Positions 1 to 8,500 of a DNA stretch of 64,000 bases are shown piece by piece. The position numbers were made by a program, and so were the translations under genes. The stretch lies in the IMG/VR virus record IMGVR_UViG_3300031414_000005. One strand, 5' to 3'. Each line of letters begins with the position of its first letter. The stretch's first letter is position 1. The notes beneath the pieces are model-generated. The model was not told the DNA's origin. It saw only the letters and a program-made list of their open reading frames with translations, and searched no databases. Source of the stretch: a virus (lineage: Duplodnaviria > Caudoviricetes).

Positions 1-32
1 AACGTATCCGTCGGATTGAAGTCGCATTACAG

Positions 33-842
33 ATGCCGGGTGCAGTGCTGACCTATGCAGAAAAGCTGGATGCGGCCATGCAAGATACACCCCCGACCGC
101 CGTAACCCCACCGGAAACCCCGGCAAACGGACCGGGTGTACTGACCACCCGCGAACTCACCCCGGTTAGCGAACTCACCCCCGAGATTTCTCGTTACCTG
201 GTGCGGCTGGAAGATGAAGTCACCAATATCTGCGGTGCCGTGATGAAACTCAAACTGTATGCCGCAGGTCCCGTGACTGAAGACCTCATGGGTCACTTCA
301 GTACCGAGTTCCAGGAACAACTGCGTATTGAAGCTAACGCCCCGGGGTTTGATGCCGACAGTTTTGATGTGTATGCGTTCTGCCGTAACCTGGAGGTTGC
401 TGGTATCCGGGTGGAAGCCGATATCCTGAACCGCAGCAATACCGCCTGGGTTGACAGCATGACCATGGAGAAAGTCACGGCGGGTGACACCCCTGACGAT
501 GGCGCCGCCCCGCAGTCAACAATTGAGCCCGTTATTGTGGGCGATGGCCTGTTGCAAGGTTTCCGGGTGACCGAATACCTGGAAGAGTTCGAGCAGGCGA
601 AATCGGACATCGAGAAGTCCCTGTCCCAGCGTGCCATGTTATCTGTGCGGTTTGGTATTGACTATGCGCATGATGAAGAAGGCCGGAAGATCTATTGGGA
701 ACTGGATGAGCTGAAAAACCGGTTTGATAATGCACTCAGCAATTACAACTTTGCGGTGGCCAACCCCAGCGAAGAGATCAGCGACTTCCTGGTCGAGGTC
801 TTTGCATTGCCGAAAGAAAACTTCAAGGTAACGTTGCATTGA
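33..842 (+). CDS. hypothetical acidic phage protein (269 aa)
   Basis: Long ORF with phage-like codon usage; no family recognised. The true start may be one of the downstream ATGs. Confidence 0.75.
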   Translation: MPGAVLTYAEKLDAAMQDTPPTAVTPPETPANGPGVLTTRELTPVSELTPEISRYLVRLEDEVTNICGAVMKLKLYAAGPVTEDLMGHFSTEFQEQLRIEANAPGFDADSFDVYAFCRNLEVAGIRVEADILNRSNTAWVDSMTMEKVTAGDTPDDGAAPQSTIEPVIVGDGLLQGFRVTEYLEEFEQAKSDIEKSLSQRAMLSVRFGIDYAHDEEGRKIYWELDELKNRFDNALSNYNFAVANPSEEISDFLVEVFALPKENFKVTLH

Positions 843-843
843 T

Positions 844-888
844 AATTTAGAATGCAGGTCAGTTTAAGTCTATATAACCAATATGAAT
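844..888 (+). promoter_or_regulatory. early-type phage RNAP promoter, copy 1 (AATTTAGAATGCAG-N12-CTATATAACC)
   Basis: Motif recurs at 6594 and 9862 with the same spacing; core resembles the phiKZ early promoter TATATTAC; lies upstream of a GGAG RBS and the gene at 928. Confidence 0.7.
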
Positions 889-927
889 ACAGAGCAATAG
901 TGCTTTGTACCTATTGGAGATATCCTC

Positions 928-1329
928 ATGAAACTGACCAAACTGCGCTTTGTCCTGTCTAAAGAGTTCATCGAACTGTGTGCTGCAAATATCGACCGTG
1001 GTATGGCGACGGTTATCCGCCTGGCTGAACGTCGTTATGTCTTCGCTAACCCGAAGGCCACTGAAGACATCGATATCGATGAGTCTGATGTGAACCGCGC
1101 GCTGAGCATCGCGAAGAACGAAGACGCACGTTTTGACCGCCTGGCCAACGTGTACAGCTGGATTCGTAAACAGTCTAGCAAAGCGGCTTTAACCTGGAGT
1201 AACTATCGTGCATACATCACTGCTAACGCATTGGAAAAACTGTGGGTCGTCACCGGTGTCTATAAAGAAGCCGCTGATGTCGAAGTCGAGTTTAACCATA
1301 TCGTTGGCATGGTCGCTGATGCAAAGTAA
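928..1329 (+). CDS. hypothetical protein (133 aa), likely early
   Basis: GGAGA RBS, ATG, strong codon bias; directly downstream of promoter copy 1. Confidence 0.85.
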   Translation: MKLTKLRFVLSKEFIELCAANIDRGMATVIRLAERRYVFANPKATEDIDIDESDVNRALSIAKNEDARFDRLANVYSWIRKQSSKAALTWSNYRAYITANALEKLWVVTGVYKEAADVEVEFNHIVGMVADAK

Positions 1330-1336
1330 TCCATAG

Positions 1337-1365
1337 CGGGAGGCTACCAGTAGGTATGCCTCCCG
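1337..1365 (+). terminator. stem-loop CGGGAGGC...GCCTCCCG after gene 928-1329
   Basis: 8-bp inverted repeat just after the stop codon; weak U tract. Confidence 0.5.
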
Positions 1366-1496
1366 ACTATTCACCTGATTTATTTTTTAACGAAAAAGCT
1401 AAATCAGATGCGTAGTTTATAAAAACAACAGGCGTTACCTGTGCTTATGAATTCCATCTTCTCATCGATCTACACACTCAAAAAGGTTTTATTACA

Positions 1497-1676
1497 ATGT
1501 CCACGACCAAATCACACGTTAAAGATGCCAAGAAATTTGCTAACCTGTCCCGTGCGCGTCAAGTTGAAGTCCTGATGGGCGTACGCCTGACTTCGGTTCA
1601 ACGCGACCTCATTGAATACCTGGCTGATGGAGATCACCTTGCAGCTATACACCGTTCAAATCGCCCGGTATCGTAA
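1497..1676 (+). CDS. small hypothetical protein, 59 aa (MSTTKSHVKDAKKFANLSRARQVEVLMG...), not in ORF track
   Basis: Manually translated ATG1497-TAA1676 with phage-like codon usage; 3' end overlaps the next gene. Confidence 0.6.
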   Translation: MSTTKSHVKDAKKFANLSRARQVEVLMGVRLTSVQRDLIEYLADGDHLAAIHRSNRPVS

Positions 1677-2004
1677 AGCATTGGCCCTGGGTGTCCCGTT
1701 TGTGGACACCTCCATCAAAACCGGGAAGTCAGAATTCATGCCGACCTGGGACATGGTGATGGGGTACAAGCAAGGTACTGTCAGTGAAGAACGTTACACC
1801 GAGATGTATTACGACCTGATGCGCCAACGCTATCGAGCCAATCGCCAATGGTGGTTGGCTTTTTTACGCGATCAGCCCAGCGCAGCCATTGGGTGCTTCT
1901 GTACACCGGGTGCGTTCTGTCACCGTTTATTGCTCGTAGACATCTTCAGGAAAATCTGTGAGCGCAACGATATTCCTTTTGAATACGCAGGTGAATTAAC
2001 ATGA
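1627..2004 (+). CDS. DUF488-like protein
   Basis: C-terminal AIGCFCTPGAFCHRLLL matches the DUF488 CxE/C...CHR signature; start placed at ATG1627. Confidence 0.6.
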   Translation: MEITLQLYTVQIARYRKALALGVPFVDTSIKTGKSEFMPTWDMVMGYKQGTVSEERYTEMYYDLMRQRYRANRQWWLAFLRDQPSAAIGCFCTPGAFCHRLLLVDIFRKICERNDIPFEYAGELT

Positions 2005-2471
2005 TCCTGGATTACAACACCGCCTGGGACCGAATAGAGGACAGCACCCTCAAGGGTGAAACCGTCAAGTTTGTGGCCTCAAAAATCCGACCCGGCGAGT
2101 TCTACCTCCACTCGGAACCCGTGCACGGCGACAACCCCTGCCATGCTCTGGTGATTCTGAAAACCAACCACCACCTCTACGCTATCTGGGTGACCTCACC
2201 TCCGGACAGACGTACCGACACCCGTATCCTGCAACGCGCATTGATTGAGTTGTTGCAGCTGCCGTATGGTCAGATCAACGTGTTCAATAACCTGCGGGTT
2301 GACCGCCGGACACGCTACCATATTTGCAATGGGTATCGGTCGTTGTATTTCACCGACCTGGTCAAAGGCCGGTTCTCCCAGAAACAACTGGTTATCCCAA
2401 ATAAACATGAAGCCTTCCTGGCGATGTTCCAGCAACAGGCCAAAGACTTCATTATTCAACAGACTTACTGA
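2001..2471 (+). CDS. hypothetical protein (156 aa)
   Basis: ATGA start/stop overlap with the upstream gene (translational coupling). Confidence 0.8.
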   Translation: MILDYNTAWDRIEDSTLKGETVKFVASKIRPGEFYLHSEPVHGDNPCHALVILKTNHHLYAIWVTSPPDRRTDTRILQRALIELLQLPYGQINVFNNLRVDRRTRYHICNGYRSLYFTDLVKGRFSQKQLVIPNKHEAFLAMFQQQAKDFIIQQTY

Positions 2472-2482
2472 GGTACATTCCA

Positions 2483-2776
2483 ATGGTAAAAGAAGTCAAA
2501 CACGGGTTCACGTTTGATGATGCTGGCTCACAGGCAATCGGGGCGTTCTACACCGATATTGAAATAGCGCTGCGGGTCAAAGGCACCAACCTGACCCAGA
2601 TCTGCCGACAGATCATCAAGCGGCATTTAAAGCAGACCCGTAACCCCGAATTGATCATCACCCTGGAAGCCCTCCAGAAGAAATACGCCCTGGTACCGGA
2701 GTTACGGGAACGGATCGCGGAATACCGGGGATTGGTGTCAGGGGAATTAGAAGTGGTGCGGCTGGTACGTTCGTAA
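2483..2776 (+). CDS. hypothetical protein (97 aa)
   Basis: GAGG RBS before ATG. Confidence 0.8.
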   Translation: MVKEVKHGFTFDDAGSQAIGAFYTDIEIALRVKGTNLTQICRQIIKRHLKQTRNPELIITLEALQKKYALVPELRERIAEYRGLVSGELEVVRLVRS

Positions 2777-2860
2777 ATAAATACTTACCATCAGGTATTA
2801 TCTGACAGCTGTAGATGCTGCCGCGCAATAGTCAACATTGATTTAAGCTATCATCATTTT

Positions 2861-2897
2861 TGGATCGGGTTCGCTGTATGTCCCGATCCATCTTTTT
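2861..2897 (+). terminator. hairpin TGGATCGGG/CCCGATCCA plus U tract
   Basis: 9-bp stem followed by TCTTTTT; could terminate the 1.5-2.8 kb operon. Confidence 0.55.
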
Positions 2898-3110
2898 ATT
2901 CCGTATTTGGTTGTGTGGTAAAAGAGGTTCTCCGCCTCAAGACTTGCCTGTCGCCACCACACGACCAAACCCCTTTGGCGCTTTTGGTTCACGTACCTCA
3001 AATGCGTAAGCTTCCTTCCTGGTGGAATCTCTGTCACGCCAAAAGCGCCAACCACTATGCTGTGTGAAGTCTTTGCCGGAATGACGGCAGTCCATAATAG
3101 GAAATTTCCT

Positions 3111-3136
3111 GGAGAGCTTCGGCTCTCCTCTTTTTT
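3111..3136 (+). terminator. intrinsic terminator GGAGAGC-TTCG-GCTCTCC + U tract
   Basis: 7-bp GC stem, UUCG loop, TCTTTTTT. Confidence 0.85.
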
Positions 3137-3211
3137 GCATTTCTTTTTTTTTGTCCTCATCATGTGACTTCGGTCGGTAACACAGAGAACCAGTTGTAGG
3201 GGACATCAAAA

Positions 3212-3376
3212 ATGAAACTCAAAAGGCTGTTCTGGATCAGGTTTCACTTAGTCCTCGTGTGGGTGTTGGTGGTGCCCATGCATTGTTCGTTGGGGGCGAC
3301 CTGGTCAACCATGAAGTACAGGAGACAACAACACGAAAGGCATTTACGCTTTACTCAGGATGGCTATGAACAATAA
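3212..3376 (+). CDS. small membrane protein, 54 aa (MKLKRLFWIRFHLVLVWVLVVPMHCSLGATWST...), not in ORF track
   Basis: AGGGG RBS, ATG3212-TAA3376, basic N-terminus followed by a hydrophobic stretch. Confidence 0.55.
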   Translation: MKLKRLFWIRFHLVLVWVLVVPMHCSLGATWSTMKYRRQQHERHLRFTQDGYEQ

Positions 3377-3378
3377 CT

Positions 3379-3406
3379 AAAAAAGGGGAGAGCCGAAGCT
3401 CTCCCC
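3379..3406 (-). terminator. intrinsic (possibly bidirectional) terminator for the helicase operon
   Basis: GGGGAGAGC-TTCG-GCTCTCCCC-TTTTTT on the minus strand, between convergent genes. Confidence 0.85.
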
Positions 3407-3418
3407 AATTAAGGCGGT

Positions 3419-4447
3419 TTAGCTGTGTGACCGCGTCACCCAGGTATCCATGGCCCGCAGCCATTGCATCACCACATCCGCGTATTTATCCAGGTGGTCA
3501 GCCGCCGGCTTGAGTTTGCTCCAGTCGGTTGCCTGACACAGCGCTTTGATCTCCGCTTTGTTTCCTTCCTTATCCTTCACCTCCATGTACAGATCCGCCG
3601 CATCTTCCAGCTCCAGCAACGTACGGGCATCAAACGCATCGTAGAAGCTCTGGTAAGCAGTAAGGAGTTTCGACATGGTATCCGCCACATCCAACACTTC
3701 TTTCTTGCTCAGCGACTTACAGGCCTCAGGTACCGACCCTGGCTCGGTCACTTTCGGTGTTGGGATGGTCGGGACCTTAATGGCATCGATCTTCTTGCGC
3801 CCGGCGGCAATGATCTCTGGGGTGAATTCTTTTTGCTGACGAATCCAACCCTGCACCGTCACCATCTCCCGCACGGCTTTATCCAACTGCTGGGCAAAAC
3901 GCTTGGCTTGACTTAACAGGACATTGGCATCACTCAACGCGGTGTGGAACACCTTGTCCTTGTCCAGTTCCCCGTTGATCGCTAATGCGGTCAGTCCTTT
4001 GGTGTCGATATCCCGGAACGGCGAATGCCACTTGCGTTCCTTGAGCCACTCTTCATTCCCGTATTCATCCTGGATTTTCTTGGACAGCTCTTTTAACTGC
4101 TTATCCACCTGTGCCTGCTTTGTACCCCCGAGGATTGCTTTGATCGGGGCCAGGAAACGTTTGGTGACTTCAGCCAATCCTTCACAGCTGGCTTTCAAGC
4201 GCAGTTCAGGTTCAATGATGAAGAAGCTGTCAGCGCTTTCCAGTCCGGCAGCCACCTTACCCAGGTCGCCAGTCAGTGCGGTGACTTTCTGGGTGTACTC
4301 AGTGACGTACGGATCAGACAGGTTATCCGCATCGCCGTACAGGGCCTCTAAGCCCTCGTGAAGCAACGCCTGGAGTTGGACGTGACGTTCTTTGATTAAC
4401 GCGGCTGAGGCAAACGGGGTGCCTTTGTGTTCGATATCCATTGTCAT
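3419..4447 (-). CDS. putative virion head (internal) protein, 342 aa
   Basis: N-terminal GLE motifs typical of phiKZ-type propeptides; helical; co-transcribed with the helicase. Confidence 0.6.
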   Translation of the reverse strand: MTMDIEHKGTPFASAALIKERHVQLQALLHEGLEALYGDADNLSDPYVTEYTQKVTALTGDLGKVAAGLESADSFFIIEPELRLKASCEGLAEVTKRFLAPIKAILGGTKQAQVDKQLKELSKKIQDEYGNEEWLKERKWHSPFRDIDTKGLTALAINGELDKDKVFHTALSDANVLLSQAKRFAQQLDKAVREMVTVQGWIRQQKEFTPEIIAAGRKKIDAIKVPTIPTPKVTEPGSVPEACKSLSKKEVLDVADTMSKLLTAYQSFYDAFDARTLLELEDAADLYMEVKDKEGNKAEIKALCQATDWSKLKPAADHLDKYADVVMQWLRAMDTWVTRSHS

Positions 4448-4450
4448 TCC

Positions 4451-6544
4451 TCACCACCCCATTGACGCAGGCAGTTTACGTTTAACGGTTTCAAGTGTCC
4501 GCAGACTGTCGTAGTCTGCTTCACGCATCAGTTCCAACTCTTCCAGGTCTTCAAACGACCAGGCCGAGCGTTTTGAGAAGTGAATCTCGTCAATGGCTTC
4601 CAACCCCATGTCTGGCATGTGACGGGCACCCATGATCATCTGGACCTGCTCACGGCTCCATTCCATGATGTCGCGGGAACGGGTCGAGATATTCGGCTTA
4701 TTACCGGTATCCAACTGCGCCAGCCAGATCCACACCGGTTGGGTTTGTCCCACACGGAACACCCGGGCAATGGTTTGTTTGATCTCGTAGTCACGGAACG
4801 GGGAGTTAATCATGAAAATGGTGTTGGCCATCAACATCGGTACCCCGGTCGAGAGTGAGTCAAAGGTGGCATTGCAGGGGTTCAGGTTCGGGTCATTACG
4901 GAACAACTCAATTAAGGCGTTGAAGTTCTTGTTGGTGTCACCGTAGATCTCAAGCGGGTTATACCCCTCTTGTTTCAAATGCACGGTCACCTGACGCAGG
5001 ACTTCCACGTAGGACGTAAAGACCAGGGTCTTGGCTTCGGAGTTGTCGATGTACTTGGCGAGGTCAAGGTGCTCCACCATATCCACATGACAGTTGATAC
5101 GTTCACGCCCCAACACGCGGCCCAGACACTCACCCCGGATTTTGAGGTCAACGTATTTCACCACCGACTTCACATCCCGGAATTGTTTCTTCTCCTCGTT
5201 GTTCAGCACCGTGTTGATTTCTTTCTCTTCAAACTCGTTGCAGTATTTCGATTGCGCCGACATGGTTGCCCCGTCAAAGCCTAAGCGGATAAACATCGCC
5301 ACATACGTCTTGTACGTTGCCAGGTCTTCCAGGGCTTTGGTTGCACCCTTCTTCTTCATCACCGCTTCATAACGATCGACACACAAATCGTAGAAACTGC
5401 GGAACTCGGCTTTGTGCAAAGTGTAATACTGGATACGCTCTGCAATAAACGCCTGCATCAAGGCACCAATCGAGTCCAGGGTATATTTGTCCCCGTTTGG
5501 CATTTTCACGGGTACCGACACAATGTCGGGATCTTTACCCAATCCCTGTAATCGCTCGATCTTGTATTTCACTCGCCCCATACGGTTGGCCAGGATGTCA
5601 TTGGCGCGTTTGGCGTTGCGTCCCCAGATCTTTTTAAAGCGCTCGGCCACACTCGGGGTAAAGAAGGGGTCGATGCACATAAAGATAGGGATGGACTCTG
5701 ACCCCAGGGCTTTGATCGGGGTACCGGACATAAAGAGGATGTCCTGGCAGTCTGAGGTCTGACAGAACTCAATCAGGTTCTGGGTCTGTTGGGCTTCCAA
5801 TCGGGTGAAGTTATGGGACTCGTCAATGACGATGTTAAACCCGTCCTTCTTGAACTTTGGCAGCATGGCTAACAACTGCTCCAGGCGTTCATAGTGGAAG
5901 ATGTGCCAACGGGCATCCGGATCCCACGGCTGGTCGTTATCGGCCACCCACACCGACTGGGTCTTGCGAAAGCCTTTGTCCATGTCCGAGAGCCAGGATT
6001 TCTGGATCACGTTCTTGGGGCACACGATCACCGTGCGTTTGTAATCCAGCAATACTGACAGGCCGTAACCAATCAATGTCTTACCGGAACCGGCTTTCCC
6101 GTCCAACAGCAACCCTTTCAGACGATGGCTGGGTTTGGCTTTCTGGTAATACTTGAAGAACCCGGTCTGGTCTTCGAACCACTGGACGTTCATTTCACGG
6201 GCCAGTTGCTGGTAATTAAAGTCCAGGCTCAGGGTGGATTCAATGCTACGCAGCCAGGTTTCCGACTCCAGCAGTTTCAGTAACTGGATCAGACTGCGGC
6301 GGTTTGTAATGATCGACGTATCATCAATCATCTTACTGATAATGTAATGCAGTTCGAGGGCAAAGAAACTGGGTAAGGTGAAACGATTACGCCCAATAGA
6401 CGTAAACATGTATTTACCGACTACCGAGGTTTCCCAAATGTGGGTGATGTCGCGCACGAACCAATCAGTGGAGATTCCGGTGACTTCAATGTTCTGTCCC
6501 CGCTCGGTCACTGTGATCATGCCAATCAGGCGTTTAAGGTTCAT
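4451..6544 (-). CDS. SF2 (SNF2/RAD2-like) helicase, probably virion-associated
   Basis: Walker A GKAGSGKT, Walker B DESH, motif III SGTP, helicase-C motifs (STG...QTIARVFRVGQ). Confidence 0.9.
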   Translation of the reverse strand: MNLKRLIGMITVTERGQNIEVTGISTDWFVRDITHIWETSVVGKYMFTSIGRNRFTLPSFFALELHYIISKMIDDTSIITNRRSLIQLLKLLESETWLRSIESTLSLDFNYQQLAREMNVQWFEDQTGFFKYYQKAKPSHRLKGLLLDGKAGSGKTLIGYGLSVLLDYKRTVIVCPKNVIQKSWLSDMDKGFRKTQSVWVADNDQPWDPDARWHIFHYERLEQLLAMLPKFKKDGFNIVIDESHNFTRLEAQQTQNLIEFCQTSDCQDILFMSGTPIKALGSESIPIFMCIDPFFTPSVAERFKKIWGRNAKRANDILANRMGRVKYKIERLQGLGKDPDIVSVPVKMPNGDKYTLDSIGALMQAFIAERIQYYTLHKAEFRSFYDLCVDRYEAVMKKKGATKALEDLATYKTYVAMFIRLGFDGATMSAQSKYCNEFEEKEINTVLNNEEKKQFRDVKSVVKYVDLKIRGECLGRVLGRERINCHVDMVEHLDLAKYIDNSEAKTLVFTSYVEVLRQVTVHLKQEGYNPLEIYGDTNKNFNALIELFRNDPNLNPCNATFDSLSTGVPMLMANTIFMINSPFRDYEIKQTIARVFRVGQTQPVWIWLAQLDTGNKPNISTRSRDIMEWSREQVQMIMGARHMPDMGLEAIDEIHFSKRSAWSFEDLEELELMREADYDSLRTLETVKRKLPASMGW

Positions 6545-6593
6545 AGGTGGGGTCGCAGCCTTTAGAAGAAAGAAAAAGTTTTTACAGTCAGAG

Positions 6594-6636
6594 AATTAGA
6601 TTGCAGAAGCCGCAAAACCTATATCACCATGATGAC
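6594..6636 (+). promoter_or_regulatory. early-type promoter, copy 2 (AATTAGATTGCAG-N12-CTATATCACC)
   Basis: Same bipartite motif and spacing as copy 1; heads the 6.7-8.4 kb gene block. Confidence 0.7.
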
Positions 6637-6729
6637 AAGCAATAGAAGCAACAATTTTTATCTCTTTGAGGAATTAAAATTAACGCCATTCTGGCACAAC
6701 ACAACGAACTCGCTAAGAAGGAATAACCC

Positions 6730-7116
6730 ATGTTACAGATGTCCCCTGCGTTACAAGCTCAGATGCCACGTATCTGTGCGGTTGATCACTTGACCAACCT
6801 GCTGGCCACCCACGGTTTAGATAAAGACGATTTCGTTGTGCGTTATCCGCACAGCGCAATGTTCTGTGATCGCCGTTACGCTTTTGAAGCAGATCCTAAG
6901 ACAGTACATTTAAGCTGTGTACTGACCCGACGTGAATTCGTTATCAAGTATAACGTCACCCCTTCTTTCCTCAAATCCAAAGGCATCGAGATTGGTTTCA
7001 GTGAGAAACCGGTCCCGTTCATTGTGAAAGAGGAGTTTAAAGTCGAAACCCCGGCTGACCAGAAAATCAGTCATCTGCTGTTTGACCTGTTTGCTGATAA
7101 GGAAATGCATTCATGA
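6730..7116 (+). CDS. hypothetical protein (128 aa)
   Basis: AAGGA RBS before ATG. Confidence 0.8.
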   Translation: MLQMSPALQAQMPRICAVDHLTNLLATHGLDKDDFVVRYPHSAMFCDRRYAFEADPKTVHLSCVLTRREFVIKYNVTPSFLKSKGIEIGFSEKPVPFIVKEEFKVETPADQKISHLLFDLFADKEMHS

Positions 7117-7211
7117 AACGAAACAAAATGGGAGAGGGTGCGCTGGCAGCCTTCCTGTGTCTGGTATTGATCGGGCTGTTCGCCTGGCGTTTAATGGTCA
7201 CCATGCCATGA
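7113..7211 (+). CDS. small membrane peptide, 32 aa (MKRNKMGEGALAAFLCLVLIGLFAWRLMVTMP), not in ORF track
   Basis: ATGA overlaps with both neighbours; AAGGA RBS; single TM helix. Confidence 0.65.
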   Translation: MKRNKMGEGALAAFLCLVLIGLFAWRLMVTMP

Positions 7212-7576
7212 GCCGCGATTACACGGGCACCCGTGACCTGATGAAAGAAGCCGTAATGGGGACACTTCGTGGCATCCCGCACGAAATTAACCTGGTGTTG
7301 TTTCAGGGCGACGCCGATCGCCATGACCTCGGCAACCATGACGGGGATCGTTTGTTAGCGCTGTTCCGCACAGCCTTTCAGAGTATCCCTCTTTCCAATG
7401 CTAAAAATGAGGTGGATCGCAAAACGGCTTTCTTGAACGCAGCGTTCAATTTGGTTAATCGTCTGACCGGGCGTTACGTCACGGTACGACTGTTGGATGT
7501 CAGTGTGGACAAGTATTGTCCAGAAGCCACTGATTACCCGTTGAGCATCATCATCACCCCAAAGAAAGGACTGTAA
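7208..7576 (+). CDS. hypothetical protein (122 aa)
   Basis: Track ORF 7082-7576; start reassigned to ATG7208, which overlaps the stop of the 32-aa gene. Confidence 0.75.
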   Translation: MSRDYTGTRDLMKEAVMGTLRGIPHEINLVLFQGDADRHDLGNHDGDRLLALFRTAFQSIPLSNAKNEVDRKTAFLNAAFNLVNRLTGRYVTVRLLDVSVDKYCPEATDYPLSIIITPKKGL

Positions 7577-7579
7577 CCC

Positions 7580-8125
7580 ATGTCAATTGAGATCCAATTG
7601 CAACGCGCGCTAGAATTAACCCTGAATGAAGAACACGATTCCCTGAGTGACATGGTGTGCCGCGTGCACACCTCGTTAGTGGGACGGGCCATTAACCTGT
7701 TAAAGCAAGCGGGGTTTGGTGCAGACATCGCAGTGGTGCAAAGCTTTGAGCTGGTGAATAACAAGTTGGGTGTGTACGAAGTCAAGATGACGTTTACACC
7801 TAATAAGAAGCACGACAGTTATACCCTCTCTCTTAAATCAAAAGTTAAGAAAGAAGCTATCCTGAGTGCCTTCATTAACCAGTGTCGGGTGATTGCCCAA
7901 CCGCTATTGAATGCCAAGACCAAACGGGAAATCCTGTTAGAAGCGCTGTCTGAACACATCAATAACGATGATGGGTACAGCGGTGTCCGTACGTACGTGG
8001 ATTACCGGGATATGCGAAACCTGCTGATCCGTTGCCAGGTAAAGAAAGAATTTGAAATGTTGCTTAGCAATAACAGCAGAAGCCGTCAGAAAAAAGATGA
8101 GGAGTGGGCATGGGCGCAATGGTAA
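7580..8125 (+). CDS. hypothetical protein (181 aa)
   Basis: AAGGA RBS; tightly packed in operon. Confidence 0.8.
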   Translation: MSIEIQLQRALELTLNEEHDSLSDMVCRVHTSLVGRAINLLKQAGFGADIAVVQSFELVNNKLGVYEVKMTFTPNKKHDSYTLSLKSKVKKEAILSAFINQCRVIAQPLLNAKTKREILLEALSEHINNDDGYSGVRTYVDYRDMRNLLIRCQVKKEFEMLLSNNSRSRQKKDEEWAWAQW

Positions 8126-8424
8126 TTGGTTGTATTTCATTCATCGTGTTGCTCTGCACCGCCGCAGGGTGGTTGTGGATGACCGCACGTCAGCGGACAG
8201 AGAGTGATTACTGGTGGGGGTTAATGGCCGGCTACGCTGCACTCTATTTGTACTGTGTTTACTCCAACCCGCTACACCTGACACGTCTGCCTTTTCCTGT
8301 GATCCTTCTACTGATTCTGTTAACCGGTTATTGTGCCGGGGCATTACGCCTCGGGCGCGCATCACCCAGTATCCTGGCCGGGTTCTTCCTGGCGGGACTC
8401 ATCCTGGGTTGTGGCCAAAGCTAA
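8110..8424 (+). CDS. small multi-pass membrane protein
   Basis: GAGGAG RBS; four hydrophobic segments. Confidence 0.75.
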   Translation: MGAMVIGCISFIVLLCTAAGWLWMTARQRTESDYWWGLMAGYAALYLYCVYSNPLHLTRLPFPVILLLILLTGYCAGALRLGRASPSILAGFFLAGLILGCGQS

Positions 8425-8473
8425 GAGAGGTACCTTCTAATGTCATACCTGAACCAAACGAACCCAGCCCTGG

Positions 8474-8500
8474 CACCCGCGCGAAAGCGTGGGTGTTTTT
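8474..8500 (+). terminator. hairpin CACCCGCGC-GAAA-GCGTGGGTG + TTTTT
   Basis: 9-bp stem (one G-U), GNRA loop, U tract. Confidence 0.65.

Larger units (their letters stand above)
2795..3137 (+). ncRNA. candidate structured non-coding RNA
   Basis: No credible ORF; two 13-bp long-range stems (2907-2919/2956-2968 with one G-U; 2975-2987/3039-3051 perfect), several hairpins, and a UUCG terminator at the 3' end. Confidence 0.5.

Noticed and set aside
2843-3209. Minus-strand track ORFs 2843-3163 and 2937-3209
   Set aside because: No convincing RBS; atypical composition driven by the poly-T terminator; better explained by the plus-strand structured RNA and terminator.
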